DNA from: Eledone cirrhosa
Lineage: Eukaryota
NCBI GenBank assembly: GCA_964016885.1
Contig: OZ024740.1
Location: 136,896,001 to 136,960,000 of the forward strand
Reading direction: 5' to 3'
DNA length: 64,000 bases
The notes under the pieces were generated by a model. It ran no database searches and was not told the DNA's origin. It was given only the letters and a program-made list of their open reading frames with translations. This document shows, one piece after another, positions 16,143 to 29,756 of the stretch; within the stretch, counting starts at the first letter, position 1; the number at the start of each line of letters is the position of its first letter. A program made the translations under genes and the position numbers.

Positions 16143-16600
16143 CAAAGGGCAAAGGAGCTCTTAAGAGTCAATGGCCATCCAAAATCACCGGGAGAGATGA
16201 CCCCTTAGCCTTTGTCAAGGCAGAATTCTAGGAGAAGGAAAACTCTGATATAACACCTGCAACCCTGATGGTATCCAATGATGTTGACTTGTTCTTCTTT
16301 TTGGTAAATATCATCTTGGTTAAGAGAGTGGGACTGGCTTTGTGCAGTGCCTTTGCTCACTATAAAAGCTTCACGGCACAGGCATTGCTTTATATCTGGA
16401 GATCTCTCTGCACTTGTCGTCACATGGTACCATGGGCCCAGCACTATGTGTCAATAATTCTCACAAGTGTAGTGTTTGTACCAGAGTTTTCAAGTCGCTG
16501 GCTGGAATAAAAAGTCACATTCGTTCAGCGCATCGGTAGGGGTTCTCCTACATGTATATAAAGTAGTGGCCGTACTCGAAAACGAGTTGGCAGCCACCAT
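16143..16600 (+). mobile_element. 5'-truncated copy of the same element, inverted against 15520-15975
   Basis: Reverse complement match; ends GGCAGCCACC(ATGT)n. Confidence 0.9.
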
Positions 16601-16651
16601 GTATGTATGTATGTATGTATGTATGTATGTATGTATGTATGTATGTATGTA

Positions 16652-16935
16652 TGTCAGGGCATTCTTCTAGGAGAAGGCAACTCAGGAAACTGGGATAACT
16701 CCGATATAAAACCTGCGGCTCAGTAGTTACCGATGATGTTGATCTTTTCTTCTTTTCGAGTTATAGCTACTGTCGCTCAGAGAGTGGGATTGGCTCAGTG
16801 CACAGTCTTTCCTCACTTTAAAAAATATCTTCATGCACAGGCATTGCACGATAGAATTAATTAATAATTATTAATAATGGTATATCGTGCAATGGCCATA
16901 CTCAATAACGAGGGGGCAGCCACCATGTATGTATG
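16652..16935 (+). mobile_element. Diverged subfamily of the RTE-derived non-autonomous element
   Basis: Shares CTAGGAGAAGG, GATGTTGA, GAGAGTGGGA(T/C)TGGCT, GCACAGGCATTGC and 3' GGCAGCCACC(ATGT)n. Confidence 0.75.
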
Positions 16936-17084
16936 AACCTATTTCTCTGTCGTCAAGAGATATATTATTATTATTGGGGAGAAGTATATATGGCAATAGA
17001 TAAAGAAAAAATGACTGTTCTGTGTCTGTGTTTCCATTGAAAGGAGTTGCTACTGTGTCTAAATAATCTGTCAAATATACTAGA

Positions 17085-17115
<31 letters not shown>

Positions 17116-17584
17116 TCGGAAAAAGCAGACGACATTTAATTTTTTTCTCCCAAATGACATTACGAGGAAGATAGAGATTAAGTAAAAATGTTCGAAAATA
17201 TATAGTTTCTCTGGTGTGCTGACGCACACATGCACTTATACACTCACATACACACATATATGCATTTATACAGTGATATATACCTATATACATACGTGCA
17301 TTAGTATATACATACGTACATACATATGTACGTACGTGCATACATACATCCATACATACACATACATATCTATCATAGTAAAAAGCATGATATACATCTA
17401 TGTGTTTTTTTTTTGTAAATACAAATTATAACTATATGTATGGTTTTATTTCTAAATAAATGTGAATTCAAACGTATGCAGTCTGCGTTCAATCCTGGGT
17501 CAGTCTTTAAACGCTTTCAATTGAATACAGTGAAATACAATATTAGTTAACCGGTTATACACGTATGACAGAAACGTATAGTAA

Positions 17585-17790
17585 TTGTTTGCTTTCGATT
17601 TAGGCACTAAGCCAACAATTTTGGGTGCGGGGAAAGTTGATTAAATCTATCAGAGTGCATTACTGGTACTTTATTTTATCGATTCCGTAATGATGTAAGG
17701 CAAAGCTAATCTCGGCGGGATTTGAACTCAGGAATAAATGCCATAAATCATTTTTATCATATGCTCTAACGATTCTGACAATCTGCAATA
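17585..17790 (-). mobile_element. tRNA-derived SINE (family B)
   Basis: TACTGGTACTTTATTTTATCGA...CTCGGCGGGATTTGAACTCAG. Confidence 0.8.
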
Positions 17791-17959
17791 ATAAATTCGG
17801 AGGTAAGGGGATAGTCAATCAAATGAGCCCCATTACTTATGTTCATATATATAATCCGCCGACTTTTTTCTTTGTAAACAGACGTAAAGCACTCTACGAT
17901 TTGTATTTCTTAGGATTTTATTGGTAAAGTATCAACCGGAGTTTCTATATTATGAATAA

Positions 17960-18225
17960 GAGAGACGGTTTTATATGTAACACCAGCAGTCTCCTATGCA
18001 TGCCAGACTCCCCCGCCACGCCACCGATATAGTCCAAACGAAAGGCACAGGCAGATACAGTTTCGCACCAGCGACGTCGCAACTCATTTTTTCCAGTTGA
18101 GTGAACTGGAAGAACGGGAAATAAAGTGTCTTTCTCAAGGATACAACACACCGCTCGGTCCTGGAATGGAACTTACAATCTCATGATTGTGTGCTCAATA
18201 CTCTAACCACCGAGTAATGCGCCTT
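17960..18225 (-). mobile_element. SINE-like interspersed repeat(s)
   Basis: tRNA-like head (TACTCGGTGGTTAGAGTA...TAAGTTCCATTCC) and TCCTTGAGAAAGACACTT core on minus strand; similar to 43510-43775. Confidence 0.55.
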
Positions 18226-20667
18226 TTTATAATGTACTGTCCCGGAATTGTTCTGTTGTCTTCCAAGATCACCAAGACTTATATGTTTATGCAGAACCCA
18301 TCCGAAAGTATGTTTTTCCGTGGAACCTGGGTGCTCACCACTTGCGAGTACTTTGTGGCAAAGGTGGCAACAAGCCATGGGTCAAAGTCATTAATGTTCT
18401 CAACTGCAAACCTCTTGTGTAACTTCCCATATTTTGGAACATTGCTTCAGTCTGTTTTCTTGCCTCGTGTTCAGGTAAGCCTTCATTTGAGAAGATTCAG
18501 AAATCTCCTTAGAATTTACGTTCTATTACCTTACTCTTAGCCTGTTCTTGGACAAATTCCTCAGTAAACGAGGCACATCCTTTAGAGATATGCCACTGTT
18601 ATATCTCTTTCTTTTAACTGAACTCGTTAGTAACCCTACTAATAACACATAAGCTTGCGTTGTTGTTGCTTTTCTTTTTATCATTGTTATTGTTGCTGCT
18701 GCTAGTATTCTTGTTTAGTCGTGAAGAATTATTGTTTGAGGGTATCAAAGTAGATGAGGGTGTGAAAAGTCTATGGTCACTGCCATTTTCGTCAAAATAT
18801 CAAATAATTTCCGACAAATGCTATTGATATGAAACATAAACAAGATTAGGAACAGAAAACACCCACGAAGATAATTTCGAACTCATATTTCATATAGAAA
18901 TGTTGATTTTGTGTTCCATGTTTTAGAATTCATATATTTAACCTGATTTATCCAAAAAAGCAATGCACAGCTAGAGAAGGATACATGGTGAATCTTTTGT
19001 ATCAGAACAAAAGTGCCAGAACAACTGTAGCTTTGATATAGGCTCCTTAAAGTCTCATGTCTAGTTAAACATATAACACTAATTTCCTCTATATCCCATC
19101 GAACCAGGTCTAGAAAGAGTTTCAATTGTTGACTTGGCAGAAGCATTAGAGTGGAGGACGTAATGTCTTGTGGCATTTCTTCCGTCACTCTGTGCTCTGG
19201 GTTCAAATCCTGGCGACGTCAACTTTATTCTTTCAGAGACGAGGAAATAAAATACCAATCCAGGATGTTGGATTGTTGGAATTGTTAGAGTATCAAACGA
19301 GATGCCTTGCGGTATTTCAGTTCTTGGCGCTCTAGGTGGTAGACTTAATCTATTACGAGGTTTAACACCAGAAGCTGGTTCTTAAGGGTCTTTAGTTGTG
19401 CTTACTCTATTGCAAGCATTCGGACCCGATCACCGGATTGAGGATAACTTTCTCCCTTTCCCCATCACCTTCAGAGTCCCTGGAAAGGATCATGCGCGCT
19501 ACCCTTCCATCTCTATCGGTATAAACAATCGGTATAAACAATCGGTATAAACAATAGGTGATTTAATGTAGATAAAGTTCGATTTCAGCTGTTGCAGTTT
19601 ATTGTTAGAACAAAATAGGATAGATGGGCGATAAATTTAAAAAGAAAGGAAGTGCAATGCTGAGGAAGACGGATTCAGCAAAGTGTTTAATTTATTACAT
19701 GATCTGGTGGGTTGATACAGAGTGATACAGAACTAACTGGGTTAATTCGATATTACTGCAAGCTGTTAGCTATCGATAACTATATTTCTAGATTTTAAGC
19801 GTGAATGATAGTAATTTTCTCAATAAATGTCATTAAAAAATGAAATTCAACTTGGACCGTCTTTTGAATTGCTTGAATGCAACAATTCAGAGAGAATATA
19901 TATTCCCAGACCAACTGATAATTGTCAGCATCCTTTTAAAACCTTTTATCAAAGACATCGTAATATTAATGTGATTATATTTATTTCAGGTACCCTTTTG
20001 GTACCATCTTGTTTTATTATATAAAGCCGTTTATTTTAAAATGCTCATAGTTAAATTTAAACCATCTATCATAATTCTATGCAATAAGTTTTTGTTAGGT
20101 TTAAATACCAACTTAATCATGAAAAGGTTAGTTATATTACAAAATGCTTCCATATTCTTAATCATTTTAAAAATTAATAGAAAATCATAGGCGATGTCTT
20201 TCATGAGAAATATGGTAACAAACAAGACCGGAGAGTGTTGTTAGAATAATATATAGATTATCTACTATGATGGGATATTTAGCAAAGTTCAGATAAAGAT
20301 AATACTTTCTTATTTCCATTAATAAACGACATACCAGAGTCTGTAGACCATAGTTTTCTTGGACATCACGGGGAAAAACTCTAGAGCAAACCAAATGTCT
20401 CTAAGCTTTCAAACTGTCACCTTTTCGGCAGGTTATCGTCTCTTATAATGCCCAAAAGACTACATGTGTGCATTTTTGTGTGTGCACACACAAACGTGTG
20501 CTTATATTGTTACATATCTGTGTGAATGTGCACGTAAATATAGGTGAATAAACCTGCAAGTATATTAGTACACATGTAGTTGCGTGTGTGTGTGAGTGTG
20601 TGTGTGTGTGAGAGAGAGAGTGGGTATATATGAATGTATATAAATGTATATTGTAGAAGTTATATAC

Positions 20668-20766
20668 CTGGGGGTAGACCATGGCAACAGTAGGAGAACA
20701 CCGTCATTAAGAGAAACAGCTTCCATCCCAGTGACGTCATTTCCTATTGCTGAACATTACATAACA
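20668..20766 (-). CDS. First coding exon (ATG at 20740): signal peptide of the double Kunitz-like protein
   Basis: Strong acceptor CTTTTTCCTTATTTCTCTTCCAG|, then MTSLGWKLFLLMTVFSYCCHGLPP, phase-1 donor CAG|GTATAT, in frame with the Kunitz exons; linkage inferred. Confidence 0.7.
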
Positions 20767-21317
20767 CTGGAAGAGAAATAAGGAAAAAGTTTAGTCAAGA
20801 AAAAATATATACAAGTGGTGGAGAACATATAGCACGCATGCCCAAGGTGACACGCAGAAGATATATCTTTATTTTAGAGATTATATTTTTTAAAATTAGC
20901 AACCCTTAATTTATCAGCTGTCACTTGAAAACTAGATGAGTGAGCTCAGTAATTCTGCCTATGATGGGCGAAACTAAATATTCATTAGTAAAAGTGACCA
21001 TCTGGTGAAGGTGACAATAAGTGTATTATTTTGATCACTTGGTTAACATTATGTCATCAAAGCATCAAACGGCCTTTTGTTCTTTTTCTCGATAAACTTA
21101 TTCTTACAGTACAAATATAATTTCCATGGGACCGCGAGGGAATTTGGTTTTAGATTATTATCACCTACGAGAACATATGCTCTAAAACATGTTCGCCACC
21201 TCTGGTACATAGTTCCATATTTCCCTATCGTATGTTTAAACGTATAATTACTACATCGACTAATTCTCTTCGCTGTTTTTTCCTTTTTCTTCCCTATCTT
21301 TTCTGTCACTATCCCCC

Positions 21318-22035
21318 CCCCAATAACTTCCTTGAGTTATTGACGCCCTGGGGTGAGACATATTGTCTTTAATACGTTGAAATGTCCAAGACCCTCAGCA
21401 GACAACTGATGAAGGAAAATTGTCTCCCGTTCTTGCTTTCCTCTTTTTATAAGTACATATTACCCAGCAACTACACAGCCCCTGTTTATTCTTAAATTTG
21501 TATCAAGTTTCGCTGTGACCTATCCTCTCTTTCTCCCTATCTATTGTGTTGTTATCAACTCTTCCCCCTCTTTCTTCCTCTCCCTTTCTCCCTCTCCCTT
21601 TCACTCCCCCTCTCTCTGCTAACCACCGCACTCTTTCTCTCGCCTGCTCCTCTAGCTGTCTCTTTCTCACTTACTCTTGCGGAGGTCAGACGTTGTTTTT
21701 CTCGTCCACACCAATCTCGAACTTATGTTCAATAATTGATGTTAACTTTAAATTTTCCTTTCTCTCTCCCTCCCAGTTGCTCACACACACGTGCTACGGG
21801 TTTCCCCTCTTCCGTTTGTTGCTTCCCGTTTTTTTCGTTGTTTTTTCCTTTTTCTTCCCTCTTCCCTTCTGTTACTATTTTTTTCTCTCTCTTTCCCCTT
21901 TTTTCCCAATAACTTCCTTGAGTTATTGACGCCCTGGGGTGAGACATATTGTTTTTAATGCGTTGAAATGTCCAAGACCCCCAGCAGACGACTGATGAAG
22001 GAACATTTTCTTGCTTTCCTCTTTTTATAAGTATA
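21318..22035 (+). repeat. ~130-bp direct repeats (21318-21460, 21905-22035) around a CT-rich core; PLE/retrozyme-like derivative
   Basis: CCCAATAACTTCCTTGAGTTATTGACGCCCTGGGGTGAGACATATT...GAAATGTCCAAGACC...CTGATGAAGGAA present twice. Confidence 0.6.
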
Positions 22036-22189
22036 TATATATATATATATATATATACACGACACACATACATACACATACAGGAAGATACACACATGTA
22101 TATACATATCTATAGTTGCAGAATTGGTAGTGCTAGATACAATTTACTGATTCCACTTCAAAAACAAGATCAAAAGACGTCCTTCACAG

Positions 22190-22550
22190 AGAATTACTTA
22201 CAACCCATATTATAAATGCATTTTGGAAGACTCTTGGCTTAGGTTTACATGTATAGCAACAATCTATCAATTCCTAATAGACATCAATTTAGATGTAGTA
22301 GAAACTAGCTAACACAACTTCTACAGATTTGTTATGATATCTTCAGTGTTTTAGGAGAAGGGTTAATAAATTATTGATATTATATACAGATACTTTCATA
22401 AGTCCTTTGAAAACATTGACCAGGGCATTTATTGAAAAAATCTCCAGTATTAATGTCTGGAGAGAATTGCTGAACTGGATTATGACTTTTCTGATTAACA
22501 GAGCTTAATATGTTGTAACAATTGGCATCTACTCTCTGCAACATAAGTAA
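22190..22550 (+). pseudogene. Degenerate CR1/L2-like RT fragment
   Basis: LTQLLQ, remnants of YxDFxKAFD (KSFENIDQG), ELLNWIMTFLINR. Confidence 0.5.
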
Positions 22551-22760
22551 TCATGGGAATTTATAAACAACATCCTTGGTCATGCAGTTAGACGCCATTT
22601 GACATATATTGGTATTTTTAGACTTACAATTAATATTGGTTATATCAATAAATACTTCATTGACTTTTATAAGTGTTTGATAGGGCAAGTATAGTAGCAA
22701 AGTTTTCTGTACTGGAATATGAGTGATTGATAGTGTTTTTATTAAAAAAATTGGGAATAT
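22551..22760 (-). pseudogene. Degenerate Naiad-type PLE linker/GIY-YIG start
   Basis: NTNICQMASNCMTKDVVYK resembles SKCPLNNNCLVKNIIYN. Confidence 0.5.
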
Positions 22761-22839
22761 AGAGGATGCAACATATAATGCATCTCTCTCTTTCTTTCTT
22801 TCTCTGTATGTGGGTGAAGACATGTACACATATATATTG

Positions 22840-23250
22840 GTTTCTGATTTAAGCACATGACCAACAATTTTGGGGAAGGGGAAAGTCGATTAAATCGAAC
22901 CCAGTGCATTACTGGTACTTAACATCGGCAGGATTTGAACTCAGATCAAAAAGGACCGTAACTCTATGCCATAAAGCAGTTTTTCCGACGCTCTACCGAT
23001 ACTGCCAATCCACCGCCCTATGTACACATATATATATTAAAATACATAAATGACCTTTTTTTAATTTGTTAGTTGTATTGGTGGAATCGTTAAAGCGTCA
23101 AACAAAATACCTCGTGGTGTTTGTTCCGGCTCTTTACGTTCTGAATTCAGAATTGACTGAGGTCAGCTTTGTTTTCCATCTTTTCAGGACCAACAGAATA
23201 ATGTACCTGTCAAGTACTGGAGTTGATATAATTGAGTGTTCCCTTCCCAT
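22840..23250. mobile_element. Two divergently oriented family B SINEs (22840-23020 minus; 23065-23250 plus)
   Basis: GGATTTGAACTCAG / CTCTACCGATACTGCCAATCC and GAGGTCAGCTTTGTTTTCCATC motifs. Confidence 0.7.
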
Positions 23251-24906
23251 ACATTTGAAAACTTCGGTCAATGTAAGAAAGGCAACATTTTGTATCATCC
23301 CAAAGGTATATTTATATAATAATAATCAATACAGGTGGTATTATCATTACTGTCGTTAGTTAGGTATATAACTATATCAGCTATTAAAAGAATATATTTT
23401 ATATTCTCGATTTATTTCATACCACCATTTCATTATTTTGACTATGTTTTAATCTAATGAAATTTTTTTTAAATTTAAATTTCTAATTTTAATTTTCGAT
23501 ACTGTAAATTGTAAATGATGAATTTTTATATTTAAATTTTTCATATAAATAATTCATCCCATAAAATCGTTCTTAATAGAAATATTATATAATAAACATT
23601 CCTAACAAAATGCAAACTGGTTGGCATCTCTGAATATGCTTTTGTTAAATGATATCTGGGGAGTAAACATGATTGCTAAATTAAAAGAAAGAGAGAATGA
23701 AATTAAACATAAAGTTGAAATTTACAGTGTTACAAATCAGCCCTTCTGCAATCGCTATCCCCACCCCACAACAACTTAATTTACAAAGTATTAACAGAGA
23801 ATTATAATTAAAACCACAACATTGCCAATACATATGGGCAAATACCATGAATAATATAATGTTTCAATGTTTCTAAGTAATCCTTTCCATAATATTAAAA
23901 AATATATGACATCCACCAAAATCAGATTTGGTAACATTAATATAGCCGATGAAAACACGATTACAACAGGAAATTAACTCACCAATCTTTCAGCTAATTT
24001 AAATTAAGATGTATACAAAATGTTTAAAAATTAAAATAATATTATCAAGTATAATTATTCCATTACTAGTTAACCATACAGATACATACTGTAACTATTT
24101 AATTATTTCCCCCTCCCCTAAAAAAAAACCAAACAACAACAAACAAACTAAATAAACATATCTTTATATAGAGAGGATTAACAATGAAATATCATTAACT
24201 GAGCAGTTTCACGATCGGAGAGATTTGTCGCAAATTTTAGAGTATATTCTGTAGGCGGCGAATTGGCAGAGTCGTTATAAAGTTGGATAGAATGCTTTAC
24301 GGCAAAGGTTCTCAACCCATTTCGGCCAAACGCCCCTTTTTTCCCTTCGAAATCACGAAACGCCCCCTACCCTCCTTTTTTCCCATTTTTCAATATACTA
24401 CTGATTTTGATATCAGTAGATTACTAAAAAAATGATTAACGATATTCCAAAGATACCATTGCAGGCAGTTGAAAGTATAAATACATTCCTTGAAAGGAAG
24501 TATATAGATTTCAAAAAAAGGAACATAAATGTTCTTTTTTATGAATTAGGACCAGTTGAATTTGTTATATTCCCACCAGGCGATAGCAGCTATTTTGAAC
24601 ATTTATACAAGAGCAATTCTGTCTATCCAAAGAGTGCTCTTATCTGGAAGAAAGTGGCAATTGTATTATTTCAAAGCTTTCCAATTTTCCCTTTAATGAA
24701 ACGGACAGAATAAATGTTGATATCTAACTTGATGTCCCCTCCGCTTTGTGACCACGCAAGAGGGTTTTCATGACCTCGTAAGAGGGTATATTCATTAGTA
24801 AACGGTAAAATATATACAACGAATGAGTAAGTGAATTGTGGTAGATGGTTTCCAGTCCAGTCAGACTGCAACTACAAATAAAAAATCGACTTACTTTGAC
24901 CTCATA

Positions 24907-26681
24907 TCAATGGGACCCTTGAGCTTCATGGAGTTTAGCTAACTCTTTGACGTCAGGCTGGATTTTCGTGAGCTGTAGCCGGATATCTCCACGTGCAATC
25001 ACATTGTAGCTGTTGCGAGCCTTACTATGCAGTCTGGAAACAACGCCAAACCCCCTCTCGACTAAGTATGAGCTAGGAAAAGGCAAAGCAAATCTCTTAG
25101 CCTCTGCATGTAGGAGTGGAAATCGACGCTGAATTTCCTCTTGCATCCAAAAAAGGGGTTCACCTATTTTGGAAAATTTCATTTTGATAATGTCATCTGT
25201 CTGAATTTCAATTAATTCTTCCTGAAATTTAACGTCGAAATCGTCGACGTTGGCTATGAAGGGATCTGCTATCCACATTGGGATGTCCATCTGCAAAAGG
25301 TCGACAAACTGTTCTCTCATGTCTTGTAGTGCACGGAGGTGCGCGGTATAAATTTGCAGTTGGTCATCGCTCACAATGTTTGAAACATTGGCGACACTAG
25401 GAAAATTATAGAATTCCCGTCGACAAAGATTCCTTTCGATGACTTTCAATTTGGCCAGGAATATTTTCACAGCATTCCTTGCTTTAAACAAGGTGATCTT
25501 CTCCCCCTGCAAAGCCATAATGTGACTATTGCATTTGTCAAAGATGTCGGCGAGGTAGGCAGTCTTGCCTCACATCGAGGTTTTTTTTATATAGTTCTGT
25601 ATTGCGTCCTCGAAGAAACTCAATGATACAGTCGAACAGTTTAAAGAAGCGAGTAAGGCACTTGCCCTTTGAAAGCCACCTCAATTCAGTACGAAGGAGC
25701 AACTCGACGAATTCTTCGTCATTATCTTCGCACAGTTGCCGGAAAATTCGTTCATTGAGGGCATGGCGTTTGATATAATTGATGACATCAATGGCTACCT
25801 GCAAAGACTTGCTCAGCGGCTCGCTGAGTTTCTTCGCAGCCAAGTGTTGTCGATGAATGACACAATGAACAGCAAATACAGATGGATTTTCCCTCTTCAG
25901 AAGAGAGACGAAACCCTTATGTTGGCGGACCATTGCTCTTGCGCCGTCCGTAGCACATGATACAATATTGTTAAGAGGTATCTCTTTTACTTCGAGGTAT
26001 CTCTTGACAGATTCAAAGATGGTGGCACCTTTAGTATCTGTGGCTAGATTCAGAGTGAAGAGAAGCTCCTCGTGCATTTCGTTTTGGTGGAAAAATCGCA
26101 CGTATCCCAGTAGTAAGGACTGATTCCCGGAAAAGTGTGCTTTCATCAAGTTGCAAAGCAAATTGTGTCGATTTCAAGATGTTGCATAATTGTTGTTCAA
26201 CATTATCCGCCATTTCGTCGATGCGTCTCTTTATTGACTCGTTACTCAACGGAATACATTTCAAGGTCTTTAACGGATTCTGACGTAGTACTGTTGAAAG
26301 AACTTCTGAGATGACAGGGGCTACCAATGTTTCACCCAAGGAATGGGGCTTGCCACACTTTGCGATTATGTTGGCAATATTGTAAGATGCGACAAATCCA
26401 TCAACATTTGAAGCTTCAACTTTTGAAAAGGCAGAAGAAATTAGTGTTGTTTTCTGGAATTGGTCCCTAAGAGACTGAAAGTATGCTAAATCTTTATATC
26501 TCTTATCGGGGTGCCTACCCAGGTGTCTACTCAAACGCGATGGCTTCATCGCTTCATTCGAAAAGGACTCCTTGCAAATTAAACACATGGGTGACAGGTG
26601 GTTCGACGGCGATGGGATGAATCCGAACCGTAAGTAATCAACACTGTACTGCCTGCATTTTTTCTTCATTGCTGAGGCCAT
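24907..26681 (-). pseudogene. Buster/ZBED8-like hAT transposase, frameshifted
   Basis: MASAMKKKCRQYSVDYLRFGF, BED-like CLIC...MKPSRLSRH, FALQLDEST, CATDGARAM, HCVIHRQHL, ELRWLSKG, FPSSYLVERGF, QGSH; split across three ORFs. Confidence 0.93.
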
Positions 26682-27419
26682 TTTCTGTTTAGCGAATGTG
26701 TTTGGTAAAATTACGCAAAGATTTGCCTATACAAGCCTATAAAATTATGTATAAGGAACTTACTATAATGAGTGCTGTTCCAGTATGATAAAGTTTCAAG
26801 TAATGTTCTGGAATAACACTTTGTAATAAACAAAACTGCAATGAAAAAGACAAATACTGTCATTAATTAACCAAGTCGAGACAAGTTATATATGAAGATT
26901 AACCAGTCTTTCATGTAGGAATAGTAATAACTTAGCTTGAGGGAATTAAGGTGGCAGACTCAATAAAGGATCAACGAGGCAACGAGTTCAAGAGAACTTA
27001 ATGCAAGAATGACTAGTAATGTGATATTTTGAAATGGAATTCATCAATTAAGCACGTAGTGATAAGACGTGATAATACTAAGTTAAGACATTACTTATTA
27101 GTCAGACTTACTCAAATTATCGCCCTTACCTTAATGCATCACTGTGATATTCTTGTAATGGTGCTGCAATTATAATGGATGACTGTTGAAGACTACAAAA
27201 GCTGTGCCTTAAACCCAAGGCTATAACAAGACTTGATCGTAGTATAACAAGTCAGTTTATATAGGAATAGCAACAACCTAGTTATAGAATAAATGATGTG
27301 GAAATGCAATGAAGATAAGATGGGGTCAAGCAAACCGAATGTTAGTAAGAATGAGCTGAAGTATCGAGGTCAAGCCGATCACGGTGATGAACGGGTCAGT
27401 GAATAATGTTGCTCTTTTC

Positions 27420-29085
27420 CAGGGGCCTCGTTTGCCTTAAAAATGTGAGGGGGACAAAGCAACATTTGATGGAGCATTTTATGGTGTCTTTCCTGAACCC
27501 TATCACATAAGTAAAAATTTCTTTACGCTAATTAAATTTTATATATTCAAATGAAGTTCAGATATAAAAAAAAATAAGCTAAAAAAGTATTTATTATATC
27601 AAATAAACAAAAAATAAAACATAAACGTTTGAATAAAAATCATATAAAGTAAATTTATTGTCTTTTAGAACTTTCCAAATGTATCATATCTCGCGTCATT
27701 GCTGTCAATAAATAATTTAGCAACTTCTTCACAACTAATATTTTTCAAAACATCTTTATGAACGTCTCATATTAGAATATGATTCAACCTTTGCTAAGTC
27801 ATGGTCAATCGCAACCAAGTTTCGCGTCTCTGCAGAGCACTAAAAGATCTTTCAGCTTCACAAGAACTGGTTGGAAACATTAAAAGTAGCCTGAGCAATC
27901 GCTCAACATTTAGAAACATGCGACGGACTTCTGGTTGCATTTCACCGAATATTTTACGATGATCCTCGAGAGATGGTCCACTATGATGATTTCTATAAAA
28001 AAGTATTTCGTTCCTTAAAGAAAATTCATCAAGCTCTGGATACTGTATGATCACTCCAGCACAAACATTTCCATTCCTGGTATCTTTTAGGAACTTTTCA
28101 TTGCCTGGGTAGCTCCAAAGGAGAAATATCGAGTTGATAAATCATTTTTTCTGCTGTATTGAACAGCTCCTGAAATTTTTCTTTACTGCGTAGATTTTTT
28201 TAGCTCCTCCTGCACCAGTTTGACACTATGCAACATGCTACCTAGATTGAAGGTGGTACTTTGAAAACATTTGTTCAATCCTTCAAGGAATTGAAGTAAT
28301 GGAACTACAACGTGCAATCCAAGAACACATTGGCCCGGAGAGTGACACGTAAGAATAACATTAGCTCTGGATGCAATGTTGGTGCCAAACTCATTTGTTG
28401 CCTCTTGTAAATAAATAGGGACATCTGAATAATTGTCAAGAAGGGCTTTGACTGCAGAAAGTCGTGTTAGCCATCAAGTAGGGCACACAGGTGTTAAGGA
28501 GCGTGGTGACGATACTTCATTTTCTTCATCATGTTGTGATAAATACGCTTGCTTAAATTTTCCTGATGTACTATATAGTTTCCGCAATTCATTCACGCAA
28601 CCTAGAACATTTGATAAGTGAAGCTTGTTGTACAGACTTAGTTATAATAAGTTGAGAAATATGAATGCCGCAGTGCACGTAATGGGCCAAATCAAGTTAT
28701 GTTAGAATGATCTTTAAAAAATACCCGTACGAATTAAATACAAAAAAAGTTTCAATCCAAAACAAAAGCAAACTATTTCAAATTATATATTTTTGAAAAA
28801 TAGACGTGAATGTTCTCAAAGACTTGATTTCAGTCGAAAAAGCTTTTTTTAAAAAATTCTATATTTCACTGTTAGCGGTTGTAATATTTTGATTGGATAA
28901 ACAATTCTACAATTCAAACTGTAAAGTCAAAATACAAAAGATATAAAATATGAAGAATTTCTTACCTTTCTCTGAAATCACAAACTCAGGGGAAAAATAG
29001 TACCTTGCAAAATAAAATACCTCGTAGCAAAATAAAATACTAGAATTTTGTCTACAGTTTTTTATTGCCAGGTCAAAGGCCACTG
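27420..29085 (-). mobile_element. Second, internally deleted hAT element nested in the first
   Basis: Imperfect TIRs CAGGGGCCT / AGGCCACTG, 8-bp TSD CTCTTTTC (27412-27419, 29086-29093); dimerization domain PTSSCEAERSFSALQRRETWLRLTMT and (C)PTWWLTR remnants. Confidence 0.85.
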
Positions 29086-29115
29086 CTCTTTTCAACAACA
29101 CCAAATAACAACGCT

Positions 29116-29170
<55 letters not shown>

Positions 29171-29254
29171 AATGAAGAGAGAAAGAGGGAGGGACAGAGA
29201 GAGCAAGAAATGTGTGTGTGTTTGGTACACATCTATCTATCTATCTATCTCCAA

Positions 29255-29373
29255 CAGGGGGGCTCACACATGCGGCCCGCGAACTACTTATCTGTGGCCC
29301 GTGGTAGAACCAATATTTCATATCGCATTATAACTGGTGAAAATTTTCACCCACCACCACGTTTGGCCCCCTG
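29255..29373. mobile_element. Small hAT-like MITE
   Basis: CAGGGGGGC...TGCGGCCCGCG ... TTTGGCCCCCTG termini; no matching TSD. Confidence 0.5.
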
Positions 29374-29594
29374 TGCCTCTCCTCCAGGACGTAATAGCCC
29401 TTTTGTGTCCTTGAGTTTGAGAGCCCCCTTCTACACACACACATACGGACATATTTTACTTTTTTTTCTGTCTCTGGTCTACGCCATGCTGGAGCATCAC
29501 CTTGGTATGTTATTGGGACGTCAACAAACCAACAAGCATTGGTGGGAGGGCAAACACAAACGCAAAGACACACACAGACATATATACATATATA

Positions 29595-29710
29595 GGACGG
29601 GCTTTTTTAGTTTCGATCTATCAAATCCATTCACAGGGCTTTGGTCGGCCCGGGCAGTGGGACTGAACCCGGAAATATGTGGTTGGGAAACAAGCTTCTT
29701 GTCACACTGC

Positions 29711-29712
<2 letters not shown>
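29595..29712 (-). mobile_element. tRNA-derived SINE (family A), partial
   Basis: GGGTTCAGTCCCACTG B-box and GTGAATGGATTTGATAGA...AAGCCCGTC tail on minus strand. Confidence 0.65.
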
Positions 29713-29750
<38 letters not shown>

Positions 29751-29756
29751 GTAGGT

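Noticed and set aside
16939-17080. Possible phase 1-1 exon after a poly-T acceptor
   Set aside because: Weak GTTCAT donor at a repeat edge, no recognisable protein features
20335-20380. Possible 44/46-nt mini-exon (TTTGCTCTAG ... GTATGT) on minus strand
   Set aside because: Changes phase and I found no compensating exon; needs RNA-seq
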